Program-made: the position numbers and the translations under genes | Assembly (NCBI RefSeq): GCF_018350175.1 | Contig: NC_058368.1 | Span: 74,216,001-74,280,000 of the forward strand | Reading direction: 5' to 3' | DNA from: Felis catus | Taxonomy: Eukaryota | DNA: 64,000 nt | Part shown: positions 25,300-38,277 of the stretch, in pieces | How the letters are laid out: the number at the start of each line of letters is the position of its first letter | Numbering within the stretch: the first letter of the stretch is position 1 | Notes under the pieces: generated by a model | The model's database searches: none | What the model saw: only the letters and a program-made list of their open reading frames with translations | What the model was told of the DNA's origin: nothing

Positions 25300-25630
25300 G
25301 CCAGTTGTTTTCTGACTTAGCAAGACCATGTCAGAATGTTGTACTCCTTTCTAGACATTGCATTTTGAGACGGGATGCTGGTTGATCGGGACGTATCCAA
25401 ACGAGAGTGGCAGTAAGGAGGGGAGGTCTGGAAAGAAAATGCTAGGGCTATTGAGTACAGAAAAGAGAGAAAAAAAAAATTACTTTTAGATGTTGAACTG
25501 ATACCCCATACGCTTGATTAGACATTTTCCCGACAGCTCAAAAGGAAAGATTCAGAACCAATAGGATGGAAATTAGTGAGTGCTAGGGCTGATTTTTATT
25601 TAAGAAGCTAAATCTTTGAGTCAATTCTGA
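25300..25630 (+). mobile_element. L3/CR1 fragment (3' piece)
   Basis: agaccatgtcagaatgttgt...cattttgagacgggat...cagaaccaataggatggaaatta resembles recalled L3 3' ORF2. Confidence 0.55.
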
Positions 25631-27265
25631 AAACGTTCTGCCTCTCTTTTCTACTGTTCACTCTTTTAGGACATGATGCTCTTGGTGAACAATATTAATA
25701 TCTTAGAAGATCTCTGTCATTCCTAGGAATCTGTAGTAGTTCAGCAAAATCGACCATGGTAACAAGTTGCTTTTTTATACAATGTTGAAATAACTGAGCA
25801 TCAAAAGAAAACTATATATTTGTGCCTACACACAAGTGCGTGCATCCATATAACATATTTGATTTCCTGTTTCTCTTTGGACAATTAAGATCTCAAGGAT
25901 AAAAGAGGTATCATTCATAGTAACTTCTCTACTTGTGCTTATCACCTTCTGTTATGTATAGAATGTCCTGAATGAATTTTTTCCCATTTAATGAGACTGA
26001 TGTCATTTCTAATACCCACCACAGACAGGTGGGGTATTTAGTGGAGTAAATTCAGTCAAAGAACACATCAGATTTTATTTGGATTGGGGAAGAAAGAAGA
26101 AAATCCTAATGGCGTTCAACTTACATAAGAATAAAGCACTTTCCACAAAGATAATTTTAGTGAGCTAGTTGGCCACACGAGGTCACACACATCTGCGTGG
26201 AATACATTTGGTGGCCACTCTTAGGTCTAACAGTGTTCACGGTGGGTCCCTGTCTTGTGTCTCCCCAGGCTATACTTTGCTTCTTCGTAGTTACCGGAGG
26301 ACAGAGTTGAACACTGGAAAGAGCATTGCGTTTACAATGAATGAGATAATCACAGATTCACTTAAAATGTTATGAGGTCTTTCCTTTCTGCCTGTAATAT
26401 ATTTGAATGTTTTCTCTTAGTTTTATCGAACAGTTTGCTCTGATTTTGCAATATAGATTCCATTTTCCCTTGAGGCCACTAACAGAGAGAAATATTATGA
26501 ATTCCTTATAGTCCATTTGTCCTTTTCTTTTTAGTGCCTTAATGTATTTTTTCTGTCAATCGTGGGTTTATCTGTTTTAACAGTTAAACGTTTTCTTGTC
26601 ATTTTTCCCCAAATTTACTTGAAATATCGATGGCAATTTTCCTTAGAATATTTGCGATTTTCATTTCCTAACATATATCTAAAAGGGAGCCTTTTGAGAA
26701 ATTTGGCCATCTCTAATCTCTCAAGACAACGTTTTTCTATTTGGATTATGGATGTCAAATGTCACCGTCCTTTACTTGCATGATATATCATGCTTTGCAC
26801 AATTCATTCTCAAAATGTTCACAGTGTGATTTTCCTTAAGGCTGCTGTTGTAGTTTCCACAGATCTATTTTACACTTCAGGATGCTACATAACCTCTCCT
26901 TATCCTTAATTGGTGAAGATGCTTTGGGAACCTTGCTGGTTTCCACTTTATTAGGCAACAAAGTGAACAGAAGGGAAATCTGACCTGTGTGTCTCCTTCA
27001 GGAAAAATGACATTTTTAATACTCGGAGAAATGGATTGTTCTTCTGTATGGGCTAAATGTTCCTAGCTGGAACCAAAACACATTTCTGTCAAAATTTTCA
27101 CATATCCAAATTCCATATGTGCAAAATAAGATAGATTTGCAAAATTAAGCAATTCATCTAGAGATTTAATAATATGCAAAAGAGGGTTGTTGAAATGACC
27201 ACCTGCTCATGGACCACGCTGCCGATTATGTCTTAAACCACAGTTTTTTTTATCTCCGTATTTCT

Positions 27266-27488
27266 TTTTTTTTTTTTTTTTTTTTCAACGTTTATTTATT
27301 TTTGGGACAGAGAGAGACAGAGCATGAACGGGGGAGGGGCAGAGAGAGAGGGAGACACAGAATCGGAAACAGGCTCCAGGCTCTGAGCCATCAGCCCAGA
27401 GCCCGACGCGGGGCTCGAACTCACGGAGCGCGAGATCGTGACCTGGCTGAAGTCGGACGCCCAACCGACTGCGCCACCCAGGCGCCCC
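27266..27488 (-). mobile_element. Young felid Can-SINE (SINEC_Fc-like)
   Basis: Diagnostic gagccatcagcccagagcc and actgcgccaccc; perfect 15-bp TSD tatctccgtatttct; long pure T tail. Confidence 0.98.
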
Positions 27489-28449
27489 TATCTCCGTATT
27501 TCTAAAAAACTCTATGTTTTTACAGGGTGCAGGATTTATGAAATAGCTTATTTCTCAATGGTTGATACATTTGATTCAGATTAGACTTGACGCATATGAA
27601 ATAATCTCAACAATGCAATAAACTAACATTTTAAAGTCTGTAGTTTTCAACTCCTATCTTTATTGAATTTGATGCTTACTGGTTCCTATTCCATAGAATA
27701 AATACCTTTCCTATGTAGCTGTAGAAAACAAGAGTGGAATTTACAATTCAAATCTGAATACATTTTTCTATTTTAAAGGTAAGTGCTAATCAATCCTGAA
27801 ACAAATCTCTTTAGAGTTTTCCAAATATCATGCATTAATCTGCTCAAATTATCTTCTTCCTGTCTACCTACGGTAGCTGAGAGCCTACCTGATTATATTA
27901 AATTAATTTAAAACTCTGTTCATTTTCTCCATAATTATTTCTATAAACATTTCTTAATCTACATTCAGAAGATGGGGGGGGGATACGATTTTCATATGCT
28001 TGATTTCCTGCATTTGATTTGGAAAGAAACAATGAAATTCATTCTTCACTGATTTCTCAAACATGTTGTTCCAGCTGGGATTATTTCAGAAGAGGAATGT
28101 TTTCAAGGAAACATCGGGAGGACAGGAGTTATACGCTGTTATTCAAACAGATTCGGTAGTTGTGGTCAGCCGACGTTGAACAACCAGATGAAAGAAAAAT
28201 GAAGACAAAACACATACCTCACTGGGTTGTTCTGATAGCTAAATAAGAAAATGAGTATGGAACTCTTATGTACTCAGGAATATAATATTGCACAGCTCGA
28301 TTACTGCTTTGTAAATTACTTGTACAGATTAAAAGAGATTAATATTGAAATCTTTAGTCAACTTGAAGAATCTTGACTGGCCCAGGAAAGCGAGTGAAAC
28401 TCATTAAGTATAACGCCACGAGCACATTGCATAAAAGGCAGAAAGGTAT

Positions 28450-28940
28450 CGTGGTGGGCTGAATAATGGCCCCTGAAAATGTCCATATGCTAATCCCCTG
28501 AAACTGTGAACATATGACCTTGCAGGGTAAAGCAATCCTTGCAGGATTTTGCAGATGTGATGATTTTAAATTCAGGATCTTGAAATCCTATTATCCTAAG
28601 TTCTCCAGGTGGGCCTGATAGAATCACAGAGGTCCTTTTATGGGGCAGATGGAATGCTCAGTTAGTGATAGGAGAGGGGATGATGGAGGCAGTCAGTTGG
28701 AGCGGTGTGAGGAAGGGGTCATGAGCCAATGAGCTCGGCGACCTCTGGAAGGTGAGAAAGCAAGCAAGCGGTTCTCTCCCGGAAGCCTCCAGAAGGACGC
28801 GGCCCTGCTGACCCCTTGACTTCGGTTCAATCAAGACCGACTGGACCTCGGTCTGTCAGAAGTGTGTGATAGTAAATGTGTGCTCTTATAAGCCACTAAG
28901 GTTGTGGTAATTTGTTAGAGTCATAACAGAAGATTAATGC
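28450..28940 (+). mobile_element. MLT1D-like MaLR solo LTR
   Basis: gtggtgggctgaataatggcccc start, gcagatgtgat, agcctccagaagga, taagccactaagg...gtggtaatttgtta. Confidence 0.85.
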
Positions 28941-29107
28941 TGCTCTTTAAAGATATCTTCTCACTATAGTAGGGGATGACTAGGACCAGCTTTTTAAAAA
29001 AGAGCGAAATTTGCCAAAATTACTTTCCACACTCAGTGGTTTTATGTCACTACTGGGTTCACATACACTCAGTGAGGAATTCAGGTGCCTCTGGCTCTTC
29101 TCGGGTT

Positions 29108-29310
29108 TATAGATCTGCAACGTGGGGCCCGCAGGCCAAAGCTCCACCACCAATGGCTTTGTAAACAGTGAGCTAAGAGGTTTTTTACCCACGGATGTTT
29201 GCGATCGATGTTTTTATAAGGAACTCCAATTGTGAACCCCAGCTCAGTGAAATACTATCCCCTTTAAAAACAAGTCTATTCTTCTCACTCGTGGACTTGT
29301 TTTACAGAAA
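29108..29310 (+). mobile_element. MER58-like hAT-Charlie fragment
   Basis: ggcccgcaggccaaa...tttgtaaacagtgagctaagaggtttttta. Confidence 0.5.
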
Positions 29311-29474
29311 ATCTTAATTATTTTTACTATATTTTAAATTTCCTCAAAAAAATGTGAAGCTTGGCTTTGTCTCTTGTTCTTTAAGCACCAGAATAATATT
29401 CTTGATTTTGTCTCTTGGCCTGCAAAGCCTCCTGGCTCTTAGAGAAAAAAGTTAGCCCTCTCTCTCTCTCTCTC

Positions 29475-29679
29475 TTTTTTAATGTTTTGTTTATTTATTT
29501 TGAGAGAGAGAAAGAGACAGCAAGGGAGGGGCAGACAGAGAGAGGGAGAGAATTCCAAGCAGACTCCGCACTGTCAGTACAGAGCCTGATGTGGGCTCGA
29601 ACTCACAAACTGTGAGTCATGACCCGAGCTGAACCAACAAAGAGTCGGACTCTTAACCAACTGAGCCACCCAGGTGCCC
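29475..29679 (-). mobile_element. Can-SINE
   Basis: T-tail, (GA)n, head ctgagccacccaggtgccc; short TSD aaagttagc. Confidence 0.93.
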
Positions 29680-31868
29680 AGAAAGTTAGCTGACTCTTGA
29701 TCCAGCTGACAATGGATCCACATCAGGGCATCTATTCCAGGAGCATCTATGGCATATATTTTTCCTCTTTCCTTATCTTGGCATATGGTGGTACCATGTG
29801 CAATTCATAAAGGGTGTTTATAGACAAATTCAGGAAACTGATACCCACCAGTACTCGAAGAAAGTGTGGTCATATTTTCCTGGGGTTACTGAAACAAGAA
29901 ATCATGTTGAAAAGCTTGTCTTCAGAAGGGTTTTAGAAAATGAAGATCCTTTAGTGATAAATAATAAGTTTAGACTCAGCAGGGAGCCGTGAGGGAGGCA
30001 ATTTTGAACACAAATGAATTTGAACATAACTCCTTTCCTTATAGCACACAGCTGAAGCTCAGAGTTCAAGGATCACTTTCAATTAGAAAGTTCTTCATTT
30101 TCAGACTTCAGGTGCAGAAGAACAATGCTACAAACCTTCTGCCACTCTAAATTCCTTTTCGATGCTTTCTCATAGGTCTGTCTTCACATTACCTACATAC
30201 TGGGTAATGCTGGCTGAGGAAGAAATTCCAGAGCTAGAAAGAAGGGCTTTTGAAATCGACCTCTTTTTAAAAAATATTCAATGAGTACCCAGGAAAGTTC
30301 TAGGAGTTACTGGTAGGAAATTAAATATTGAGCGATCTCTGTCTGCACGTCATCAACCATCTCGTCTGAGCCAAGATCATTGAACCAGTGATATTTTACA
30401 GCAATAGACCATGTTCTTAGGGGCTCAGCAATATTGCCTGGATGCATGAAACCACACAATATATTTTAAAAAGCGTTTATCAAAAATTAAACATAGTCAT
30501 TGGAGAGTTGGCGCCAACTGATTGCTTTAAAAACTGAAAATCCCTGTCCCTTGGTAACTCTTCAGGCTACAGGTCCAGCGTCGCCATTTTGTTGCCTGTT
30601 CCTGTTTTCTAGGTCGGCGGTGCTCAACAGTGGCTCCTGAGCACGTAACGTGGAGCTCGTCTAAATTGAGGTGAGCTGAGAATGAAAACCATGCCCCAGA
30701 GGTCAGGCTTTGCATAAGAAAGGAACAGAAGTCTGTGCCCAATACACACTGGTCACAATGCAAGATGCAAGGTGTTAGGGACGAGAAGACAATGCATAGA
30801 ACCGTGTAGATAACCGTGTAGACCATGCATAGAATCAACTGCACTATAAGTAGAAATATAAATAATAAACAATAAATATTAATAAATATGACACTCTAAT
30901 AAATGCAATAAAAAGCAAGTAAATAAATAAATACATGATAAATAAACAAATATAGCTACCTCTTCCTTGGTCAATTTTCAAGGACAAAAGCTAAATTGAG
31001 CATTATGGATGAAATTGTTACAGGGTCTACATTTCATTCTTGACTTAGGGTAAAGTTGAATTTCCCAAGAGATCTGCTGTTTCTCAACTGAGGAGAAAGG
31101 CATAAGCTTTTTCTTGATCTGTGTCTTCTTTTATTTTCCTGGGAACAAATCAGTATTTAAAATATGCACGCTATAAAAAAGCATTATAAATTGTATACAT
31201 AAATATGTAAAATTATATATTATAATATTATAACGATCTGCCAACACTGTTGTTTGAAGTTTAACTGTTATTGCATAATTACTGTTTGCGCACAACTGAA
31301 ACGGGGTAAAAGAAATTAAAAAGACAAAAATTTCTTATTTTTGGAAATAAACAAAATTTATAACACTGGCTGACTAATGATGATAAAACCTTAATCCAGA
31401 TAATAATTGAATTTTTACTATTGAGTAAAATATTAAAAAAATTAAGAAGAGTTTGTGCTTTGTCATCACCCTATTACTTCACACTGTATCAAACTGAAAA
31501 ATATAGCTACAGATATTGTACCTATTTTCATGTAAAATCTTTTACTAGCCAGCAAAATTATTTTTGAAAATCTAGAATCTAGTTATGTTCTTTTTGTATT
31601 TCCTCAAATAATAATTTAAAAAATACCTGCTTTAGGAATTTTTGAAAAGACTATAGGGCTTTATCAAATACTGGTTCTGATACTTTTTTCTTAATAACAG
31701 CAAATAGATAATGGTGTTAAAATCAAAATCAAATTGGTAAAAAATTTTAAAAGTGGAAAGTGAGATTTTTCATGAAATCAACAAATGATATAACTTAATA
31801 TTATTGAACTTTAAAATGTAGCTTTTCCTGTGAACGTTTAGATTCTAAGCAAAAGCAGTGCATATCCT

Positions 31869-32717
31869 TGATATTGAGAATAAAGAGTAATACTGACTCT
31901 ACAATTCTGACAACAAATCCCAGTATGTGGTTTTTCTCCACACCGCCAAGTAATTCTGGGGTACCAGCCAGTTCACGTCCGGCCCTATGTATCTGGAGAT
32001 GGCATTCGATCCCAAGGTTAAGGGCTCAGTCCCACAAGATTGCCCCCACCCCCACCCCCACCTTCAGATACTAATTGCAAGTTCAGGTTCTCTCCGGTGC
32101 TTCTGAAGAAACAGCTATAGATTGGAGGTTCCAACAACCCCTCTATGGGTTCAATTAATTTGCAAAAGTGACTCGCAGAGCTCAGGAAACCCATTTGTTC
32201 CCTAGATTACTGTTCTATTACAAAAGGTCTTAAAGGATCAATGAAGAGATACATTCCACAAGGTCTGGAACCAAGGAGCTTCCGTGGAGTTAGGATCCTG
32301 GCGGGGAGGCACATGAAAGTGTTCTAGTTTACCAACCTAGAAGGTCTTTGAACCCCATCCTTTTGGGTTTAACGGAGATTTTATTACATAGGCATGATTG
32401 CATCACTGGCCAGTGATGATTTATTCAATCTCCAGTCCCTCTCCCCTCCCCAGAAATTTGGAGGGCGGGGGAGACTAAAAATGCCAACCCTCAGATCACA
32501 TGGTTGGATCTCCTGGCAACCAGCCCCCAGGCCTAGGTGTTTTCCAAAATTCATTTCATTGACGTAAGTTCAGCTGTGTTGAAAGAGGTTTGTTATGAAT
32601 ATCAAGACACCTTAATCTATTTTATTGTTGCCTAAATCTCAAGTAAATTACTTAGGAGTTCTTTGCCAGAAAAAAGAGATTGAATATAAGTTTCTCAGTG
32701 TAAATTACAATAGCACA
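31869..32717 (-). mobile_element. MER21-family ERV solo LTR
   Basis: ggttaagggctcagtcccacaagattgccccc, ggcaaccagccccc, terminus caatagcaca. Confidence 0.75.
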
Positions 32718-33964
32718 GACTATTCTTGGCTTTCATAGTGTTTATTATTATTATTACTTAATAAAATCTTGTTGTTAACAGCTATTTGGGACAAATGGAG
32801 AAGGTTTGGAGATATGAGGGGACTTTGTCAAATTACGCTGTGGACCTCATTCCGCTTTCTGATGGTTGTGTAAAAACGTCTATTTAAGGTATCTCCCCCC
32901 TCTCGTGCTAAAACCTTGGTGTCTATTAGCCGCTGCCATCACACTTCTATATCATAGAAATTCTTCCATACTTGTGCATGTATTTAGAAAGGCCAAATGT
33001 ATTTTGAGGGCCACCAGACTCCTTAATGGATAAAAATATATTCATAACATTTGCATAGTAGTCACGTGAACAGCGGTGGCACTGGCGTGTGCCTAGGTCA
33101 AGGCATGAGGACCAAGTGTGTTAGCGAAGAAATTAAATTTCACGTCAGTAGTAACATACAGTTGTAGTGCTCTTTTGAGACTTAGGTGAATATGAAACTA
33201 TTTCTTTTTGTCTTTTTATTTCCAGATTCATAAAAATCAATTTGTAGGGTAAATTGGTATATCAATGTGTATAGAAGGATAGTTATGATCTTCCTAGCTT
33301 CGAAATTAAGTCTAGGGGGATGTGATGGACTGAACTAGAAAGCATTAATCACAGTTTATGTATATGTATATAAGACTACTGGAATTGTATAACCCAGAAG
33401 AAATTTTATGGTCAAATAGGTCTGAAATCAGATTTGCAAGATTAATTTGCAAAATAATCACTTGATACAAGGCAACTGCTACCCCTTGATGCGATTCATA
33501 TGTTAAATATTTGTTTCACATTCACTTTTGTAACTGACAACCTAATAGAAATTAAAATGCAAGTATGGAATTTATCAAAATGGAGTCTGGAATTTGTGGC
33601 TTCTTTATCTTGGGATACAGAAAGATGAAATCTCTACTTACAATGGAAAAGACCCAAACTAACAGAAAATTCCTGATTTTTCTCAACCCTATCAGAACGC
33701 TGAGATGGCAGAGAAAATAGCAGGAAGAAAATCTAAGAGACAAGGTGCCTGTAGGGACAGAGGGGACTCGAATGTGTATTCACTTGTTGTAGAAGCAGCA
33801 GGATGCCCTTGACATTCAGCTACAATAGGTGAGGAACTGATGAAGGCTGAGTCTGGACTGCTGGAACAGTGCAAAATCCCTAGGGTGAAAGAAATAGCAG
33901 GAGTTCACACCCTCAAGCAGACCTTCTCCTCAGACTCTACCAGACTTTCACAGAAAAGATCAGC

Positions 33965-34122
33965 CAGCCGTGGAACTGACTCCTGGGTGCCCCCAGCAAT
34001 AACCTCATCATTTACCTTCAGCCTCTCCTGCCCAGCACTTCCTGGGATCACTTCTCAAATACAGTAGCCGCACCAAAGTCCGTGTCTCAGTATCAGCTTT
34101 GGGGGAAACCCCAGCGAAGACA
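33965..34122 (+). mobile_element. LTR16-like ERVL LTR 3' end
   Basis: cctgggatcacttctcaaata...gtctcag...gggggaaaccccagcgaagaca. Confidence 0.5.
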
Positions 34123-34214
34123 GGCATCAATGACACAAGATAGTATGTATGCGTATTGATACATATCATGCATATAATTGATTAGCGGCATGGAAGAAAA
34201 AGGTGATATTTATA

Positions 34215-34673
34215 TGTATATTCCTTTCCTAGGGCTGCTGTAAAAACTACCACAAAGACTTAAAAGAACAAAAAAAATTATTCTTTCGTCACAGTTTCGG
34301 AGACCAGACGTCTGAGATCAAGGTGTTGGCAGGGCCTGGATTCTCAGGAGGTTCTGGAGGAGGATCCTTCTTGCTTCTTCCTGGTTTCTGGTGGTTGTAG
34401 GCAGCCCTTGGCCTTCTTTGGCTTGTAGACACCGCCCTGCAGTCTTTTCCTCCAAACATCTCATGGCCTCCTCCCTCTGTGTCTGTGACTCTGCATTTCT
34501 ACATGGCCTTTTAATAAATTCCCCAGTCATTGGATTTAGGACTCTGATCCAATCTGAATTTATCTTAACCAATTACATATGGAAAAAAAACTGTAGCCAA
34601 ATAAGGTCACATTCACAGGTACTGGGCGTTAGGATTTTGTGCCTTTTTGGAGGACACAATTCAACCAACGACA
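34215..34673 (-). mobile_element. MLT1B/C-like MaLR solo LTR
   Basis: tttcctagggctgctgtaa, agatcaaggtgttggcagggcc, aataaggtcacattcacaggtactggg, ggacacaattcaacc. Confidence 0.85.
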
Positions 34674-35087
34674 GTGTGTTAGGTTTGTTTTATCGTTATA
34701 ATCTTGAATACTTTCCATATCATATTAGATAACGATGAGTAACGACCGCCCTTAGACTGATCGCAGTCTGCCTACCTCAAAATACAGCTCTAATTCCAGA
34801 ATAAAAAAATTACAAGTCTCTTACTGTTGCTACTAATCAAATGTTTAGATACTAACACCTTAATGACGGAAACATTTTCTAATGTTATTATTTCCTTCAT
34901 GAATCTAAGTAATCACATGTATATATTACCCCTACCTATTACCCATTTTTGTGTCCCCATGAGATACATGTTGAGTGAGGCAGTGTGCCATAGACCCTGT
35001 TACCCTGACACATTTTTACTAAGAATGCCAAGAACATAAAGCCTCGATTGCGCTTCACCAGGCTTTTCCTTTTTCTTGATTGTTTTT

Positions 35088-35310
35088 CAGACCTCATTTA
35101 TCTGAACAGAAAGTTTGTAACTTTTTACCGATGTCTCCCTATTTCCTTAATCCCCTGGCCCCTGGCAACCACTTTTCTACTCTTTGTTTCTATCAATTTG
35201 ACTTTTTTTTTTTTTGATTCCATGTAGAAGTGGTACCATGCAGTATTTGTCTTTCTCCGTCTGGCTTGTCTTACTTGGCATAATGTCCACCCACGTTGTC
35301 ACGACTGGCC
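35088..35310 (-). mobile_element. L1 3'UTR fragment (L1MA9/L1_Carn-like)
   Basis: cccctggcaaccacttttctactct, catgcagtatttgtctttctc. Confidence 0.75.
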
Positions 35311-35319
35311 ATTGCTTAA

Positions 35320-35610
35320 AGCTATGTTTGCAGCGAGAAATCTTGAGATATTCAGTCTTCACATGTGCAGTTTCTTTCTGAACAAAGAATACACTTCTGT
35401 TTGTAAGAAATGTAGCAAATCCCCCAAGCTTCTCCTATAACACAACCCACTGCATTTATAGGCTTCTGTGAAAGCCCAGTGGCTTTATCCCAGTGGGGCT
35501 TGTGGGGCTTTGGGCTTGGGGAACTGACATTGTCATCATGCTCACATTCCTTGCTGTGCGGGGAGTAGCAAGTCCTTTGTCTCTGACCCAGAAGACTCAT
35601 GTTTTATTGA
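35320..35610 (+). mobile_element. LTR40-like ERVL LTR fragment
   Basis: ggggaactgac...aagtcctttgtctctgacccag. Confidence 0.4.
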
Positions 35611-36227
35611 AACAGTAACAAGTTAACTTACATGCTTGTATATAGGGTACAAAAAAAAAAATCTCGTATCCCTAACAGGTTTTGATAATTCAATCAAGAC
35701 TTGTATTAAGGAAAGCATATATATCATTAAAATATGACCACGGAAGAGAGTTACCATGTTGGTTGATTTATAATTTCTTCTTTATTCTCTTGTATATTGT
35801 TGGAGAAGTTAAAACAATGAACAGCTATTATTTTGCAATAAAACATGTTTACAAATTCCACTAGAAAGCATTTTCATTTGTTTTGAATTATTCATCATGT
35901 AGCTCAACACTGTGCCACTCCTGCTTTAGCCAAATTGACTTTTAGTCATCCTTTAGACTTGTGCTCAATTTTCCTTTCATCTTGAAAGATTTTCCTAATC
36001 TCTTTGCTATCCATTTCTTCACTTTCTAGTACATGTGTCATTTGTAATTATATATTCAATAGTGTGATAGCTTGATAAAGCGAAGGTGGCATTTACTGGT
36101 TAACTGCAAATTCTATGAGGTCAGAGTCTGTTTTTTTTTTTCTTTCCATACTCTTCTCCAAGTCCTCCTCCTTCTGCTCCTCTTCTTACCCACCTTCTCT
36201 TTAAAGCTGTTTTTATTGGAGCCTGGC

Positions 36228-36406
36228 ATACAGTATAAATATATATATATATATATATATACACACAGTATATATATATATATATATATACATATATTCA
36301 ACAAATATATATACAGTATATATACTATATATATTTATATACAGTATAAATATATATACACATATATATACTATATATATGTATATTTATATACTATATA
36401 TATACA

Positions 36407-36448
<42 letters not shown>
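36228..36448. repeat. Compound (TA)n microsatellite with recurring tacagta interruptions
   Basis: Direct sequence; pure TA run at 36408-36448. Confidence 0.95.
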
Positions 36449-36453
<5 letters not shown>

Positions 36454-36699
36454 ACATTTTAAGTGAGTTAAGTAAATCCTTAGCTTGGAAGTGACAGAGT
36501 CTGGACTCAAACACTTAGTGATACATGATCTCAATGCTTTTGTCCTTTGCTCACTGTGATTTTCTAATTACTTTTGGTGTTATGATAACCTCTTCATGTC
36601 TTGTCGATTACAGAACTTTCGCTTTCTCAAGCGGAAATTCCATAACCTAATTCTCTAAGCTATACACTGACATGCAGGATTTGTAAATGAGGTTCTTCA

Positions 36700-37180
36700 C
36701 CATCTGAGCTCCTATCCACGTTTTCATTACCATTTTCCTCTTTTCCTCTATTCCTCACCTTGCATAGTCTGTTCTTGTCACACTTGAGTGTGCCATGCTC
36801 TGTTTTACTCTGTGACTTTGCTTTGGGGGGTCTCGTCCAGCAAGTCAACAGGCTCACTTCTGATCACCCTCCAATTTTCCCATGAGGATCATTTCTTCAG
36901 GAAGCTTTTGCTGACACGCCCCAGCCCCAGCCTCTACCCCAAGCCTGGAGCTTCAATCCTACACACTCATAGGTGTCTTTAACACCGTGTGTTTACACGT
37001 ATTGTAACAAAAATCACTTTGCTAAGTAACTTTTCATTTACTTGTCAATTTAATCTTCAAAATCGTAGGTGTAAGCTAATTAATGACAAGAACTCTGACT
37101 CATTTGTTATTGTTATGGCTCCTAGAATAATACACTATTTCAGGTAAGTAACAAATGCTGATCCGAAGTGACAATGAATG
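36700..37180 (+). mobile_element. L2 3' fragment
   Basis: tcttcaggaagcttttgctgac...gtaagct...aacaaatgctg...aatgaatg. Confidence 0.5.
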
Positions 37181-37382
37181 GACACTTATTAAAGTGTCTT
37201 GAACTGTAAAGCAGCCAGGTGGTAGCTATTTGGTCCATATTATTCTTTAAATCTTATTCTAAACTGAGAAGTCAAATACATGACTAAGCTGTTCAGGATA
37301 GCTCCTAAAATGAACTATAAACGTTTAACCTTATCACATTTATTAGGATGATGGGCTAGGAAGTCTTTAATAGGTACTACAT

Positions 37383-37610
37383 GAATTTAATTGAATGCTT
37401 ACTATATGACTGGCAGTATTCTAAGTACAATACATATATAGAATCCTGTTCCTCCATAAAACCCTTATGAAGTGGGTACTAATACTTCGTGATTTTATCC
37501 ATGAGGAAACTAAGGCACAGAGAAGTTACATAAATTGCCTTCATACCTATGAAGTGGACAAACTATGCTTTAAATCTGGTGAATCTGTCTCTGGAGCTCC
37601 TGGTTTTAAT
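37383..37610 (-). mobile_element. MIR
   Basis: MIR core atgaggaaactaaggcacagagaagtta. Confidence 0.8.
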
Positions 37611-37851
37611 GTGAAAGCTGCATTCTGGTACGTCCATCTCAAGGAACACATCCATATTGTCCCCTGTTGTTTGCTTCTGTGGACATGCCTCAATTCCAGA
37701 AATACGCACAGGGCCATAGTCATGTTGTGTTGGACAGAAAACATTTCTTGAGTATGCTGAATGAATTATCAGTATCCTTCATAAATATGGCACCAAAGAT
37801 GTGAGCCTAATATTCCAGATATGCATGAACAGAATAAAGTGGGAACTTACA

Positions 37852-38071
37852 GGGGCGCCTGGGTGGCTCAGTCGGTTAAGCGGCCGACTTCGGCTCAGGT
37901 CATGATCTCGCGGTTCGTGAGTTTGAGCCCCGCGTCGGGCTCTGTGCTGACAGCTCAGAGCCTGGAGCCTGTTTCGGATTCTGTGTCTCCCTCTCTCTGC
38001 CCCTCCCCCGTTCATGCTCTGTCTCTCTCTGTCTCAAAAATAAATAAACGTTAAAAAAAAATTAAAAAAAA
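37852..38071 (+). mobile_element. Can-SINE (SINEC_Fc2-like, low divergence)
   Basis: Full-length; perfect 16-bp TSD aaagtgggaacttaca. Confidence 0.98.
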
Positions 38072-38277
38072 AAAGTGGGAACTTACATTCCCTGATGTGG
38101 ATTGTTATTCTCCTATTAAAGATATCGTATCAAGCCTTCATGAATTCATAAGGTCCCAATTACCAGATCATAACTTGAAATCTTCATGATATCCGTTTTT
38201 AAATATCCAACGCTAATTGTTGGAAATAATATTCTGGAAGACTAGATGGCAGATCTGTGAATGTCACTTCCATTTGT

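Noticed and set aside
36072..36494. 140-aa ORF
   Set aside because: It is the translation of the (TA)n microsatellite (IYIY runs).
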